From Gemmatimonadales bacterium (GTDB lineage: Bacteria > Gemmatimonadota > Gemmatimonadetes > Gemmatimonadales > GWC2-71-9), in assembly GCA_036003865.1 (NCBI GenBank), contig DASYRZ010000158.1:29175-93174 (forward strand): a DNA stretch of 64,000 nt, in the 5' to 3' direction. Positions within the stretch are counted from its first letter, which is position 1, and each line of letters opens with the position of its first letter. Of this stretch, positions 19,099 to 27,765 are shown piece by piece. The notes under the pieces were generated by a model, which was not told the DNA's origin, ran no database searches, and saw only the letters and a program-made list of their open reading frames with translations. The translations under genes were made by a program, and so were the position numbers.

Positions 19099-22000
19099 TG
19101 TCCTACCCGCCCTCCGATTTGACGCAGTCGATCGACGAGCTGGAGCGGCAGCTGCTGGCGACGTGGAAGCACGAGCGGCTGTTCACGCGCGTGAGCGACG
19201 CAACGCGCTACGGGCCCCCCTTCATCTTTTTTGAAGGCCCACCCACCGCCAATGGCCGTCCGGGCATCCATCACGTCTTCTCGCGCACGCTGAAGGACCT
19301 GATCTGCCGGTTTCACACCATGCTGGGACAGGGCGTCACGCGGATCGCGGGATGGGACACGCATGGCTTGCCCGTCGAGATCGAAGTCGAGAAGGCGCTG
19401 AACATCAACGGCAAGCGCGAGATCGAGGCATACGGCGTCGAGCGGTTCAACAAGCTCTGCCGCGAAAGCGTGTTCAAGTACAAGACCGATTGGGAATCGC
19501 TGTCGGACCGGATCGGATACTGGCTGGACTACGAGCACCCCTACATCACCTATAGCAACAACTACATCGAGACGGTGTGGTGGCTGCTGAAGCGGCTGCA
19601 CGAGAAGGCGCTGCTGTATCGCGGGCACAAGGTCCTCCCGTACTGCCCGCGCTGCGGCACGGCGCTGTCGTCACATGAAGTGGCACAAGGCTATGAGACC
19701 GTGCAGACCAATTCGGTCTACGTCACCTTCCCGCTCCTCGCCAGGAAGGGCGACAATCCCCGCGAGCTCGTGATCTGGACGACGACGCCGTGGACGCTGC
19801 TGTCCAACGTCGCGGTCGCCGTGCATCCCGATTTGGAATACGGCGAATACGCGCTCGCGGATCACACGACCGGCAAGATCACCAGCTACATCGCGGCGGT
19901 GGCGCGCGCCGCCGATGTGCACGTGCACGGCCGGCCGCTGATCCAGGGTGATCTGATCAAGACCTATGCCGGCCGCGACCTGGTCGGGAAGAAGTACGCG
20001 CGGCCCCTCGAGGTCGTGGAGCTGCCTCCGGAAGGCCAGCGCGCGGTGATCGTCGCGGGCTCCTTTGTCGGCGCGGATGAGGGCACCGGGCTCGTGCACC
20101 TGGCGCCGGCGTTCGGGGCCGACGACTATGCCGCGGGCCAACAGAACGGTCTCGCCTTCGTCAATCCGGTCGCCCCGGACGGCACGTTCCAGGGCACGAC
20201 TTGGGCCGAGATCGAAGGCAAGCTCGTCACCGACAAGGAAACGAATCGCCTGATCATCGAGCGCCTGAAACAGGATGGGCGCTGGCTCGAAACGAGGCCG
20301 TACTCGCACAGCTACCCGCACTGCTGGCGCTGCGACTCGCCGTTGATCTACTACGCCCGCAGCTCGTGGTTCGTGCGCACCACCGCGGTGAAATCGCGGA
20401 TGCTCGAGGTCAACGCCGAGGTCGATTGGCATCCGCCCGAGGTGGGGACGGGCCGCTTCGGCGAGTGGCTCGAGAACAACGTCGACTGGGCGCTGTCCCG
20501 CGACCGCTATTGGGGGACGCCGCTCAACATCTGGGAGTGCGATTCCGACCGCGAGCACCGCGAGGTCATCGGTTCGTACGACGAGCTGGCGCAGCGCTGG
20601 GGCAAGACGGTGCCCGAGGGCTTCGATCCGCACAAACCGTACATCGATTCGTACACCTGGCCCTGCCACGACTGCGGCGGCACGATGCGGCGCGTGCCAG
20701 AGGTGATCGACGCCTGGTTCGACTCGGGCTCGATGCCGTACGCGCAATGGCATTATCCGTTCGAGCATCAGGCCGATTTCAAGGCGCACTTCCCGGCCGA
20801 CTACATCTGCGAGGGCGTGGATCAGACCCGCGGCTGGTTCTACTCGCTGCTCGCGATCGGCGTCGCGGCGTTCGACTCGCCCGTGTACAAGCATGTCATC
20901 GTCAACGAGCACGTGCTCGACGTGCACGGCCAGAAGATGTCGAAGAGCCGCGGCAACGTCGTCGATCCGTGGAAGGTGATCGGCGAACACGGCGCCGATG
21001 CGGTGCGGCTCTACCTGCTCGGTCAGAGTCAGGTCTGGCTGCCGAAACGGTTCGACGAACGCCAGATCCCGGAGGTCGCGGACGGATTTCTCAACACGCT
21101 GCGCTCGACCTATGACTTCTTCCGCCGCTACGCGCAGGATTGGAATCCGCCGGCCGAGGAGGACGCGACGCCACCCGGCCAACGGCCGGCCGCCGACCGC
21201 TGGCTCCTCGCGCGACTCGATGAGGTCGTCAATGCCGTCCGCCAGGCCTGGGCGTCCTACGACGTCACCGCCGGCGTCCGGGCGATCATGGACTTCGTCG
21301 GGGAGGACCTGTCCCGCTGGTACATCCGGCGGAACCGGCCGCGCTTCTGGGCCCCCGATCGAGCGACCGACCCGGTGGCACTCGAGACGCTGCACGAGGC
21401 CCTGGTCGCCGCCGTGCGGCTGCTGGCCCCCGCGGCCCCCTTCATCTCCGACTGGGTGCACCGGGCCCTGACAGGGACCTCCGTGCACCTCGCCTCCTTC
21501 CCGGTGGACCGGGGGCACCGCGAGCCGGAGCTGCTTTCCGCGATGAGTACCGTCCGAAAGCTGGCCTCGCTTGCCCGGGCGGCACGGGAATCGCGTAACC
21601 TGCGGGTCCGCCAGCCGCTGGCCCGGATGCAGCTGGCCGTTCCGACCGCTGCCCAGGGCCCGGCCTTGTCAGACCTGTTAGATATTCTGGCTGCCGAAGT
21701 CAACGTAAAGGCGGTTCAGGTCGTGGCCTCGGACCATGATCTGGTGCGTCTGCGCGGGAAAGCGAATTTTCGGACCCTCGGAAAACGCTACGGCAAGGAC
21801 ACTCCGCGGGCCGCGGTCGCGGTCGGGGAGCTGGGTGCGGCGGAGCTGCAGATCCTGGAGCAGGGCGGGGTGGTGCGGTCGGGCGAGTGGGAATTCCGGC
21901 CCGAAGATGTGACCGTCACCCGTGAGGTCGCGAGCGAGTGGCTGGTACAGGCGGATGGGCCGTACGTCGTCGCGCTCGATCCCGAGCTGACCGATGACCT

Positions 22001-22289
22001 GGTGCAGGAAGGGTTGGCGCGCGAGGTGGTGAATCGCGTGCAACGTCTCCGCAAGGAGGCGGGATACGAATACACGACGCGGATCGAGTTGAGCATCACC
22101 GGCGCCGACGACGTGGTTGCCGCGACTCGCGCGTTCCAGGGATTTGTCGAAGGTGAAACGTTGGCGCGCCGGATGGTGCTGGGCGCGGCCCTCGACGAAC
22201 CCGACTTGCAGCGTGACGTAGACATCGAAGGACGCCAGACGACCATTGCGCTCCGGCGTCACGACGGAAGAAAGGGCGGAACCAGATAA
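19098..22289 (+). CDS. ileS: isoleucyl-tRNA synthetase
   Basis: 1063 aa; HIGH-type region PTANGRPGIHHV; KMSKS loop GQKMSKSRGN. Confidence 0.97.
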   Translation: MSYPPSDLTQSIDELERQLLATWKHERLFTRVSDATRYGPPFIFFEGPPTANGRPGIHHVFSRTLKDLICRFHTMLGQGVTRIAGWDTHGLPVEIEVEKALNINGKREIEAYGVERFNKLCRESVFKYKTDWESLSDRIGYWLDYEHPYITYSNNYIETVWWLLKRLHEKALLYRGHKVLPYCPRCGTALSSHEVAQGYETVQTNSVYVTFPLLARKGDNPRELVIWTTTPWTLLSNVAVAVHPDLEYGEYALADHTTGKITSYIAAVARAADVHVHGRPLIQGDLIKTYAGRDLVGKKYARPLEVVELPPEGQRAVIVAGSFVGADEGTGLVHLAPAFGADDYAAGQQNGLAFVNPVAPDGTFQGTTWAEIEGKLVTDKETNRLIIERLKQDGRWLETRPYSHSYPHCWRCDSPLIYYARSSWFVRTTAVKSRMLEVNAEVDWHPPEVGTGRFGEWLENNVDWALSRDRYWGTPLNIWECDSDREHREVIGSYDELAQRWGKTVPEGFDPHKPYIDSYTWPCHDCGGTMRRVPEVIDAWFDSGSMPYAQWHYPFEHQADFKAHFPADYICEGVDQTRGWFYSLLAIGVAAFDSPVYKHVIVNEHVLDVHGQKMSKSRGNVVDPWKVIGEHGADAVRLYLLGQSQVWLPKRFDERQIPEVADGFLNTLRSTYDFFRRYAQDWNPPAEEDATPPGQRPAADRWLLARLDEVVNAVRQAWASYDVTAGVRAIMDFVGEDLSRWYIRRNRPRFWAPDRATDPVALETLHEALVAAVRLLAPAAPFISDWVHRALTGTSVHLASFPVDRGHREPELLSAMSTVRKLASLARAARESRNLRVRQPLARMQLAVPTAAQGPALSDLLDILAAEVNVKAVQVVASDHDLVRLRGKANFRTLGKRYGKDTPRAAVAVGELGAAELQILEQGGVVRSGEWEFRPEDVTVTREVASEWLVQADGPYVVALDPELTDDLVQEGLAREVVNRVQRLRKEAGYEYTTRIELSITGADDVVAATRAFQGFVEGETLARRMVLGAALDEPDLQRDVDIEGRQTTIALRRHDGRKGGTR

Positions 22290-22711
22290 TGCCGACTAAG
22301 TCTACCAAGGTCAAAACTAAAGCTGGCCTGAACAAAAAGCAGTTGACCCATCTCGAAAAGCGGCTGCTCGAAGAGCGCGCCCGCGTCATCAAGGAGCTGG
22401 GGCACTACGGCGAGTCGTTCAACTCGAGTCTGCAGGCCTCCGACGGCGATCTCTCGAGCTACTCCTTCCACATGGCCGATCAGGGCACCGACGCGATGGA
22501 GCGCGAGAAGGCGTTTCTGTTCGCGTCGCAGGAAGGGCGCTACCTGTGGCACGTGAACGAGGCGCTGCGCCGGCTGTACAGCGCGCCGGAGCGCTTCGGC
22601 CGCTGCGAGCAGTGCGGTGATCCGATCGGTTTCGATCGTCTCGATGCTCTCCCCCACGCCCGCCTGTGCATCAAGTGCAAGGCCAGAGAGGAAGATGGTA
22701 AACGCCGCTGA
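22289..22711 (+). CDS. DksA/TraR family C4 zinc-finger protein (YlyA-like position)
   Basis: CEQCGDPI...CIKC zinc finger; coiled-coil N-terminus. Confidence 0.8.
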   Translation: MPTKSTKVKTKAGLNKKQLTHLEKRLLEERARVIKELGHYGESFNSSLQASDGDLSSYSFHMADQGTDAMEREKAFLFASQEGRYLWHVNEALRRLYSAPERFGRCEQCGDPIGFDRLDALPHARLCIKCKAREEDGKRR

Positions 22712-23210
22712 GCGTCGGTTGTTCTGGGGGACGGCGGTGGCTGTCGTCGTTTCCGATTTCGTCACGAAGCTGATCGCCGAGTCATTTTTGGCGCGGCGCC
22801 TGCCGCTTCAGATCATCGGCGATACCGTGCAGTTCCGGCTGGTCTACAACGAGGGCGCCGCCTTCGGCCTCCACGTGGGCGACAACTCGCGCTGGATCTT
22901 CCTCGGCCTCGCCATCGTCGCGCTGTTCGTGCTCGCCTCCCTGGTGCGCAGCACCAGGCCTGGCGACCACTTCCGGCTCGTCGCGCTGGCGCTCGTGTGC
23001 GGCGGCGCGGTCGGCAACCTGATCGACCGGATTCGCAGCGGGCAGGGCGTCGTCGATTTCGTGGACGTGGGCCTCGGGGCGTGGCGCTGGCCGACGTTCA
23101 ACGTCGCCGATTCGGCCATCACGATCGGCGCGATCGCACTCGGACTCTCTCTGTGGCAGGAAGGCCGCGCGCAGCAACGGGCAAAGGAGGCACGCGCGGC
23201 TGAGCCTTGA
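22695..23210 (+). CDS. lspA: lipoprotein signal peptidase II
   Basis: Start at ATG 22695. Motifs NLIDRIRSGQGVVDFVD and FNVADSAI. Confidence 0.85.
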   Translation: MVNAAERRLFWGTAVAVVVSDFVTKLIAESFLARRLPLQIIGDTVQFRLVYNEGAAFGLHVGDNSRWIFLGLAIVALFVLASLVRSTRPGDHFRLVALALVCGGAVGNLIDRIRSGQGVVDFVDVGLGAWRWPTFNVADSAITIGAIALGLSLWQEGRAQQRAKEARAAEP

Positions 23211-24217
23211 ACATCACGTTTTGCGTTGTTCGCACCACGGAACGTCTCGATCGTTTTCTCGCCGACCAGCTCGCTCTCTCCCGCACCCAGGCAGGACGTC
23301 TCATTGCCGAAAGCCGAGTGACCGCGCGCGGCAAGCCGTTGCGTGCGTCCGCGTTGCTGGAGCGGGGGACGGAGGTCACGGTCGCGCTGCCCGAAGACGA
23401 ACCGCCGCGTACTTATGCCCCGGCGCACGCGGAGCTGCATTTCGTCTACGAGGACGAGCATCTCGCGGTGCTCGACAAGCCGGCGGGACTGGTCGTGCAT
23501 CCCGGACCCGGCCACTGGAACGACACCCTCGTCAACGTCCTGGTCGGCCGCGGCACCGAGCTGTCTGGCGGCTCGACTGAAGGACGCCCGGGCATCGTCC
23601 ATCGCCTCGACCGTGACACGTCGGGGTTGCTCATGGTCGCGAAGAGCGATCTGGCGCATCGGCGCCTGGCCGGGGCCATCGAGCGTCGCACGGTGAAGCG
23701 CGTCTACGCCGCGATTGTGTGGGGACACCTGCGCAAGAGTCCGGTCGACATCGAGGCGCCGATCGCGCGGCATCCGAAGGAGCGCAAGCGCATGACGGTG
23801 GCCGAGGGCGGCCGCCACGCCGTCACGCACGCGAGCGTGGTCGCGCGGTTCGCGCACACCGACTTGCTGCGCGTGCGCCTGGGCACTGGCCGGACCCATC
23901 AGATTCGCGTCCACCTCGCGCACATCGGCTGTCCGATCGTCGGCGATCGCGAGTATACGTTTGGCGGGAGTCGTCGCGTCACGCCGTCGGCACGTCAAGA
24001 AGCGGAGCGACTCGAAACGCTGGCGCCGCGCCAGTTGTTGCACGCCGCCGCGCTGTCGTTCACACATCCCGTGACCGGTGTCACGCTGTCGCTCACGTCG
24101 GAATGGCCGAACGACTTGCGTCCCGCGCTGGCGGAAGCGGCAGGGGGGGATGCGGCGAATTTGCTTGCTCAGCCTAACCCCCTGCAGTATCTTGGCTTCT
24201 TCGCATCCGATGACTGA
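23207..24217 (+). CDS. rluD: 23S rRNA pseudouridine synthase, RluD family
   Basis: S4 domain at the N-terminus; catalytic HRLDRDTSGLLM. Confidence 0.88.
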   Translation: MNITFCVVRTTERLDRFLADQLALSRTQAGRLIAESRVTARGKPLRASALLERGTEVTVALPEDEPPRTYAPAHAELHFVYEDEHLAVLDKPAGLVVHPGPGHWNDTLVNVLVGRGTELSGGSTEGRPGIVHRLDRDTSGLLMVAKSDLAHRRLAGAIERRTVKRVYAAIVWGHLRKSPVDIEAPIARHPKERKRMTVAEGGRHAVTHASVVARFAHTDLLRVRLGTGRTHQIRVHLAHIGCPIVGDREYTFGGSRRVTPSARQEAERLETLAPRQLLHAAALSFTHPVTGVTLSLTSEWPNDLRPALAEAAGGDAANLLAQPNPLQYLGFFASDD

Positions 24218-24731
24218 CGGAAGCCTCGTCTCCGCTCGCCTCCTCGTGTTCCGCGTGGGAACACTGGCGTGCGCGGCCGAGGTGGATCAAGTGCGGGAGA
24301 TTCTCCCGCGCCTCCCAACGACGCGTATCCCGGGCGCGCCCCCGGTCGTGGCGGGGCTCGTGAATGTCCGCGGCACGCTGGTGACGGTCGTGGAAGGATG
24401 GCGTGCGCTGGGCCAGGCACAGCCCGGTCTGTCCGCCCCTCCCTCCGACGCCTCCCAGTCACAAGCGCCTGACGCCGCGGGTTCGACGCTCATCCTCGAA
24501 GTCGGCCAGGGTGGCGAAGTGGGAGCGGGGAATGGGTCGGGACGGAAGCTGATTGGCTTTACGGTGGACGAGGTCATGGACATGCTGGCGGTGGCCGACA
24601 CGACGCTGGAGGACCGGCGCAGTCTCCCCGGCGTCGACCCCACCCTGGTCCGCGCCGTCGGCCGCCGGAATGGAGAACTGTTCATCGTACTGGACGTCGC
24701 GGCGCTGTTGGGCCCGATTCTGACTTCTTAA
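24210..24731 (+). CDS. cheW: CheW-like coupling protein (with a low-complexity insert)
   Basis: Start at ATG 24210, overlapping the rluD end by 8 nt. CheW fold signature VFRVG..ACAAEVDQVREILP...VNVRGTLVTVV. Confidence 0.8.
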   Translation: MTDGSLVSARLLVFRVGTLACAAEVDQVREILPRLPTTRIPGAPPVVAGLVNVRGTLVTVVEGWRALGQAQPGLSAPPSDASQSQAPDAAGSTLILEVGQGGEVGAGNGSGRKLIGFTVDEVMDMLAVADTTLEDRRSLPGVDPTLVRAVGRRNGELFIVLDVAALLGPILTS

Positions 24732-24741
24732 GGAGCGCGCA

Positions 24742-25104
24742 GTGAGCCACACGGTTCTCGTCTGTGACGACGCCATCTTCATGCGCACGATGATCACGGA
24801 CATCCTGGCGCAGGCCGGATTCGAGGTCGTCGGCGAGGCGGAAACCGGCACCCAGGCGGTCGAGAAATACCGGCAGCTCAAGCCGGATCTGGTCACGATG
24901 GATATCGTGATGCCCGACATGGGCGGCATCGACGCCGTCCGGGAGATCGTGAAGCACGATCCCGACGCCAAGATCCTGATGTGCAGTGCGATGGGGCAGC
25001 AGGCGTTGGTGGTCGAAGCGATCCAGGCCGGCGCCAAGGACTTCGTCGTCAAACCGTTCCAGCCCTCCCGCGTCCTCGAAGCCGTGCAGCGCGTTCTGGG
25101 CTAG
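24742..25104 (+). CDS. cheY: chemotaxis response regulator CheY
   Basis: 120 aa single REC domain: DD pair, phospho-acceptor in LVTMDIVMPDMGG, conserved K in VVKPF. Confidence 0.92.
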   Translation: MSHTVLVCDDAIFMRTMITDILAQAGFEVVGEAETGTQAVEKYRQLKPDLVTMDIVMPDMGGIDAVREIVKHDPDAKILMCSAMGQQALVVEAIQAGAKDFVVKPFQPSRVLEAVQRVLG

Positions 25105-25106
25105 CC

Positions 25107-27053
25107 ATGGACCTGTCGCAGTACGCCGAGCTGTTCCTGGCCGAGAGCCGCGAGCACTTGAGCGCCTGCAACCAGTTATTGCTCGAGTGGGAGCGGAATC
25201 CGGCGTCGACCGAGCCGGTCGGTGGTCTGTTCCGCGCGGTCCACACGGTGAAGGGGATGGCGGCGACGATGGGCTATGGCCGCGTTGCCGATCTCTCGCA
25301 CCGGATGGAGAATCTCCTCGACAATCTGCGCCGCAGCGCGCGCGCGCCCGCCGAAGACCTGATTCAGCTGCTGTTTCGCGCCACCGATGCGCTCGAGAAG
25401 GCGGTCGAGCTCGCCGTCGCCGGGCGCGAGCGGGAAGCCGATCTCGCGATCCTCGCCGACATCGATCGCGCCGCGCAACAAACGAAACCTGCCGCGCAAC
25501 CAAGCGCGCTCGCGCGCGTGTTGGGTGAGTCCACTGAGTCCTCAGACGCGGACTCCTCGCCGAGCCTACCTGCTGCGTCTGCGGCGCCTGCCGCGTCTCG
25601 CGGATCCACCCGCCTCATCGGCGTCACCATCCGTGCCGAGGCACCGTTAAAGGGTGGTCGTGCGATGCTCGTCATTCGGAAGGTGCAGACCCTGGGCACC
25701 GTCCACCGCATACAGCCGCCTCCCGCCGCGTTCGAGTCGGACGACTTCGATGGCCGGTTCGCGTTCGAGCTCGAGACGGCGGCGGCCCGGGCCGACATCG
25801 AGGCCGCCGTCCGCGCCGTGGGAGACGTCGAGCGGGTGACGTTCGGCGGCGGGATCGATGAGGGGCAGGTCAGTCCGGCCGAAAGCGTGGCCGGCGGCGG
25901 GCGCAGCCGGCACATTCGCGTGGACCTGCGGCGGCTCGACACGCTGATGGATCTGATCGGCGAGCTCGTCACCGAGCGCGGCCGCCTGAATGAGCTGGCC
26001 GCGCGCTGGGTAGGGCGCGATCCCGAGATCGACGAGGTGGCGATTCACATCTCGCGGCTGTCGGCCGATCTCCAGAACGAGATCATTCAGGCGCGCATGA
26101 CGCCCGTGTGGCAGGTGTTCGATCGCTTTCCGCGGCTCGTGCGCGATGTCGCGCGGCAGCTCGGCAAGCAGATCTCGTTTCGCGTCGAAGGAAAAGAGAT
26201 CGAGCTCGATCGGGAAATCCTCGACGCGCTCGGCGATCCGCTGATGCACCTGCTCCGCAACGCCGTGGATCACGGCATCGAGCCGCCCGCCGAGCGCAAG
26301 CGCCACAAGAAGAACCCCGAAGGCGAAATCGTCCTGGCCGCGGTGCGCGAGCGCTCCAGCGTGGCGATCAGTATTTCGGACGACGGGCGCGGCATCGATC
26401 GCGGCGAGATCCTCGCGAAGGCGAAGAAAGAAGGCATCGTCGGGCCGCACGTCGAATCGCTCTCCGACGACCAGCTGCTCCGCGTGCTGGCGCGGCCGGG
26501 CTTCTCGACGGCGGAGTCGGTGACGAGCGTCTCGGGCCGCGGCGTGGGGATCGACGTCGCCATGACGCGCATTCGCGCGCTGGGCGGGTCGATCGAGATC
26601 CGCACCGAGCGCGGCAAGGGCACCGCCTTCGTGCTGCGGCTGCCGGTGACGCTGGCGATCGTGCGCGCCCTGATCGCCGCGGTGGGTCACGAGCGCTATG
26701 CGCTGCCCCTCACGTACGTCGCCGAGACGGTCGAATTTGGGACGACGCCGCTGACGACGATGGAAGGTCGCGACGCGATCGTGCTGCGTGATCGCGTGGT
26801 GCCGCTGGTTGATCTCCGGAAGCTTCTGGGAACGAATGGCGGCGCTCCCTCGCCGCCCCCTCGCCGCCCTGTGATCGTGCTCGAGATGGGCGAGCGGCGC
26901 GCCGGGATTGTCGTGGACGGCATGTTGAGCCAACAGGAAATCGTCGTGAAGGGATTCGACGCGCCGCAGGGGACGCTGCCGGTCTTCAGCGGCGCCACGA
27001 TCATGGGTGATGGCGTGCCCGCGTTGATCCTCGATGCGGCCGGTCTGGTCTAG
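25107..27053 (+). CDS. cheA: chemotaxis histidine kinase CheA
   Basis: Hpt HTVKGMAATMG, dimerisation region, N-box HLLRNAVDHGIE, G1 DDGRGID, G2 GRGVGID, C-terminal CheW-like P5 domain. Confidence 0.95.
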   Translation: MDLSQYAELFLAESREHLSACNQLLLEWERNPASTEPVGGLFRAVHTVKGMAATMGYGRVADLSHRMENLLDNLRRSARAPAEDLIQLLFRATDALEKAVELAVAGREREADLAILADIDRAAQQTKPAAQPSALARVLGESTESSDADSSPSLPAASAAPAASRGSTRLIGVTIRAEAPLKGGRAMLVIRKVQTLGTVHRIQPPPAAFESDDFDGRFAFELETAAARADIEAAVRAVGDVERVTFGGGIDEGQVSPAESVAGGGRSRHIRVDLRRLDTLMDLIGELVTERGRLNELAARWVGRDPEIDEVAIHISRLSADLQNEIIQARMTPVWQVFDRFPRLVRDVARQLGKQISFRVEGKEIELDREILDALGDPLMHLLRNAVDHGIEPPAERKRHKKNPEGEIVLAAVRERSSVAISISDDGRGIDRGEILAKAKKEGIVGPHVESLSDDQLLRVLARPGFSTAESVTSVSGRGVGIDVAMTRIRALGGSIEIRTERGKGTAFVLRLPVTLAIVRALIAAVGHERYALPLTYVAETVEFGTTPLTTMEGRDAIVLRDRVVPLVDLRKLLGTNGGAPSPPPRRPVIVLEMGERRAGIVVDGMLSQQEIVVKGFDAPQGTLPVFSGATIMGDGVPALILDAAGLV

Positions 27054-27057
27054 GTTT

Positions 27058-27132
27058 TCACACGCTAAAGCGTGCGCTCGGCCAGCGCTGCCCTTAAGGG
27101 CAATGTCTGCCGAGCACACCCTTCAGGGTGTG
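27058..27132 (+). repeat. structured intergenic element, copy A (three hairpins)
   Basis: CACGC-TAAA-GCGTG; GCTCGGC..TGCCCTTAAGGGCA..GCCGAGC; ACACCC-TTCA-GGGTGT. A paralogous copy lies at 39790-39866. Confidence 0.85.
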
Positions 27133-27147
27133 AACTAAGGGAGCGAC

Positions 27148-27765
27148 ATGGAAGACGTTCGCGATCTAAAAGCGCTGCAGCTCGACGCCCTCAAAGAGGT
27201 GGCGAACATTGGGGCCGGCCACGCGGCCACGGCGCTCTCGCAGCTCACGCACCGCCGCATCATGATCTCCGTGCCCGAGATCAACATCGCGCGACTGGAA
27301 GACGTGCCCGGGCTGATCGGCGATCCGCAGGAGGTCGTCGCCGCGGTGCTCATGCACATGCTCGGCGACCTGACCGGCCGGACGCTGTTGATCTTCCCGG
27401 AGCCCGTGGGCCGGCAGCTGTGCGACATGCTGCTCAAGCGGCCGCTCGGCACGACCAAAGCGTTCGAGACGATCGAGCAGTCGTGCCTCAAGGAAGCCGG
27501 CAACATTCTGTCGGGCGCCTACATGAACGCGCTGTCGGAGTTCATGGGGATGCTGCTGTTGCCGTCCGTGCCCAGCCTGGTGGTGGATCTCTCGGCCGCA
27601 GTCCTCACGACGACCTACCTGAACTTCGGGCACGATCGCGACTTCGTGTTTTGCGTCGAGACGGAGTTCAACATCGACGCTCAAGACGGGTTGCGCGGCC
27701 ACTTCCTGCTCCTGCCCGACCTGGCGTCGCTCAAGGCCATCTTCGACGCCATTCGGCTGACTTGA
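27148..27765 (+). CDS. cheC: CheC-family CheY-P phosphatase
   Basis: Two E-x2-N active-site repeats (LKEVANIGAGHAA and LKEAGNILSGAY). Confidence 0.85.
   Translation: MEDVRDLKALQLDALKEVANIGAGHAATALSQLTHRRIMISVPEINIARLEDVPGLIGDPQEVVAAVLMHMLGDLTGRTLLIFPEPVGRQLCDMLLKRPLGTTKAFETIEQSCLKEAGNILSGAYMNALSEFMGMLLLPSVPSLVVDLSAAVLTTTYLNFGHDRDFVFCVETEFNIDAQDGLRGHFLLLPDLASLKAIFDAIRLT

Noticed and set aside
27072-27761. Upstream extension of the large TPR ORF (1129 aa version)
   Set aside because: It overlaps cheC in another frame and crosses the structured intergenic element. Its composition is Arg-rich and shadow-like.
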